A stretch of 64,000 nt of DNA from Chiloscyllium plagiosum (lineage: Eukaryota), in the NCBI RefSeq assembly GCF_004010195.1, contig NC_057718.1, positions 36,130,501-36,194,500 on the forward strand. Reading direction: 5' to 3'. This document shows, piece after piece, positions 62,778-64,000 of the stretch. Position 1 is the stretch's first letter, and each line of letters opens with the position of its first letter. A program made the translations under genes and the position numbers. The notes under the pieces are model-generated. The model was given only the letters and a program-made list of their open reading frames with translations. It ran no database searches and had not been told where the DNA came from.

Positions 62778-64000
62778 GTGAGTGTGAGTCTATCGGAGGC
62801 GATTCCTCAGAATCCAGACTCAATCTGGATGTCACTGAGAGCGACTACAACCAGACTAGTGTAGATAAAGGCATTCTTCTAACATTCAGTCTAGGAAGGA
62901 GTATTGTTGGAGTGTGCTTTAACTGCAAAGAAAAGTAATCTGGTTCCTGTCAGTTGATGTTGCTCAAAAAGTACTTCATTCGATACTTCATTAATATTAG
63001 GCTTTCTCTCAGGCAGAAATATTACATGAGGGAGTTGTTGATTAATGAAGCATCGTTTTTTTTTAATACAAGCCAATGGATGCAAGGGCATCATTAGCTA
63101 CACTTACTTGATAACCTATTCCACAAGTAAAAATTCAAGCTAAATAAAATCATTATGTATAAAATGACATACAGGCTAAGAATTAGATGACATTCTAAAA
63201 AGAGCGAAGAACAAATTTCAAATAATTTATTGAGCCCAGAACTAACTGCAAATGCAATGAAGTGATTAGAAACTGCCATTCCAGGAGTATGACACATGAC
63301 AAATGCAGTGTCCTTTTTTGATTTGAAAATTTTCTTTTGCAAGATTGGCAAATAATGTAGGAGCTTGAAATTAATGGTCAAATGTGTTGTTCTTATGCAA
63401 CAGTTACGGGGGAATTGTAGTGAAAAAAGAAATATTTATTTAGAGGTCAATAGATATTAATTCCCTCCCACTCCAAAATTCTACCTTTTTAGTTACTATT
63501 TGGACCATTGTCTCCAGTGCTCCAGCAGTACAGCACTTGGCACAATAGGACCTGAGAAAATAGAAAAGAGTTAGAAGAGAGTACATTGTCAAATCTTTGT
63601 GTGCCTCCTGTCCTGTAGGCACTGATCATGACAGTAAAAATGTAACTAAGGACGCTGAGCTTTGGCAGGGAAGTTGAGATTTCAAGAATATTCTGTATGG
63701 TGAACAATACCCAAATGGGCACTACCAGTGGCAGTTACGATAAGCGTGTTTTTTGCTTTTACATATTGTGGTTATTTTAGGTTAATATCAGAAAAGCTTG
63801 TCAAGGCTTTGGCTATCTGATGATTTCTGCTCACATGAATCAGGGAGGTGTAACTAAATTATGCAGGACGACCAATATTTTCATTTTTTTAACACTGACC
63901 AACAAACTGTGAGGAAGTGAATCAGAACAAGCTGCCAGAGGAAGTAGTAAGGGTGGGTACATTTACAACAAAAGACATTTGCACAGGTTCATGGATAGGA

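Noticed and set aside
1..64000. CRISPR array or prokaryotic operon
   Set aside because: No regularly spaced direct repeats; the content is vertebrate interspersed repeats.

Overview
Eukaryotic, repeat-saturated intronic or intergenic DNA, inferred to be from a shark or other elasmobranch because it carries HE1/V-SINE copies and HER1-like CR1 LINEs. Nearly every listed ORF is a decayed transposon fragment or its antisense frame. Contents: more than a dozen CR1 fragments including one near-full-length copy, seven HE1 SINEs, other SINEs, L2, Rex1/Babar, Gypsy and Copia relics, solo LTRs, and several PIF/Harbinger fossils, one with both genes. The most striking pattern is about 12 Penelope-like element (PLE) termini, including two families that carry minimal hammerhead-ribozyme cores. 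Many are tiny (33-240 bp) TSD-flanked insertions or fold-back palindromes whose breakpoints repeatedly fall inside the hammerhead. Host-gene evidence is limited to a candidate 22-nt microexon (54215-54236) and a CpG-retaining splice-signal island (62.3-62.95 kb). No host gene could be named. No CRISPR, rRNA or genuine tRNA gene was seen. All calls are by eye, and boundaries of old elements are approximate.
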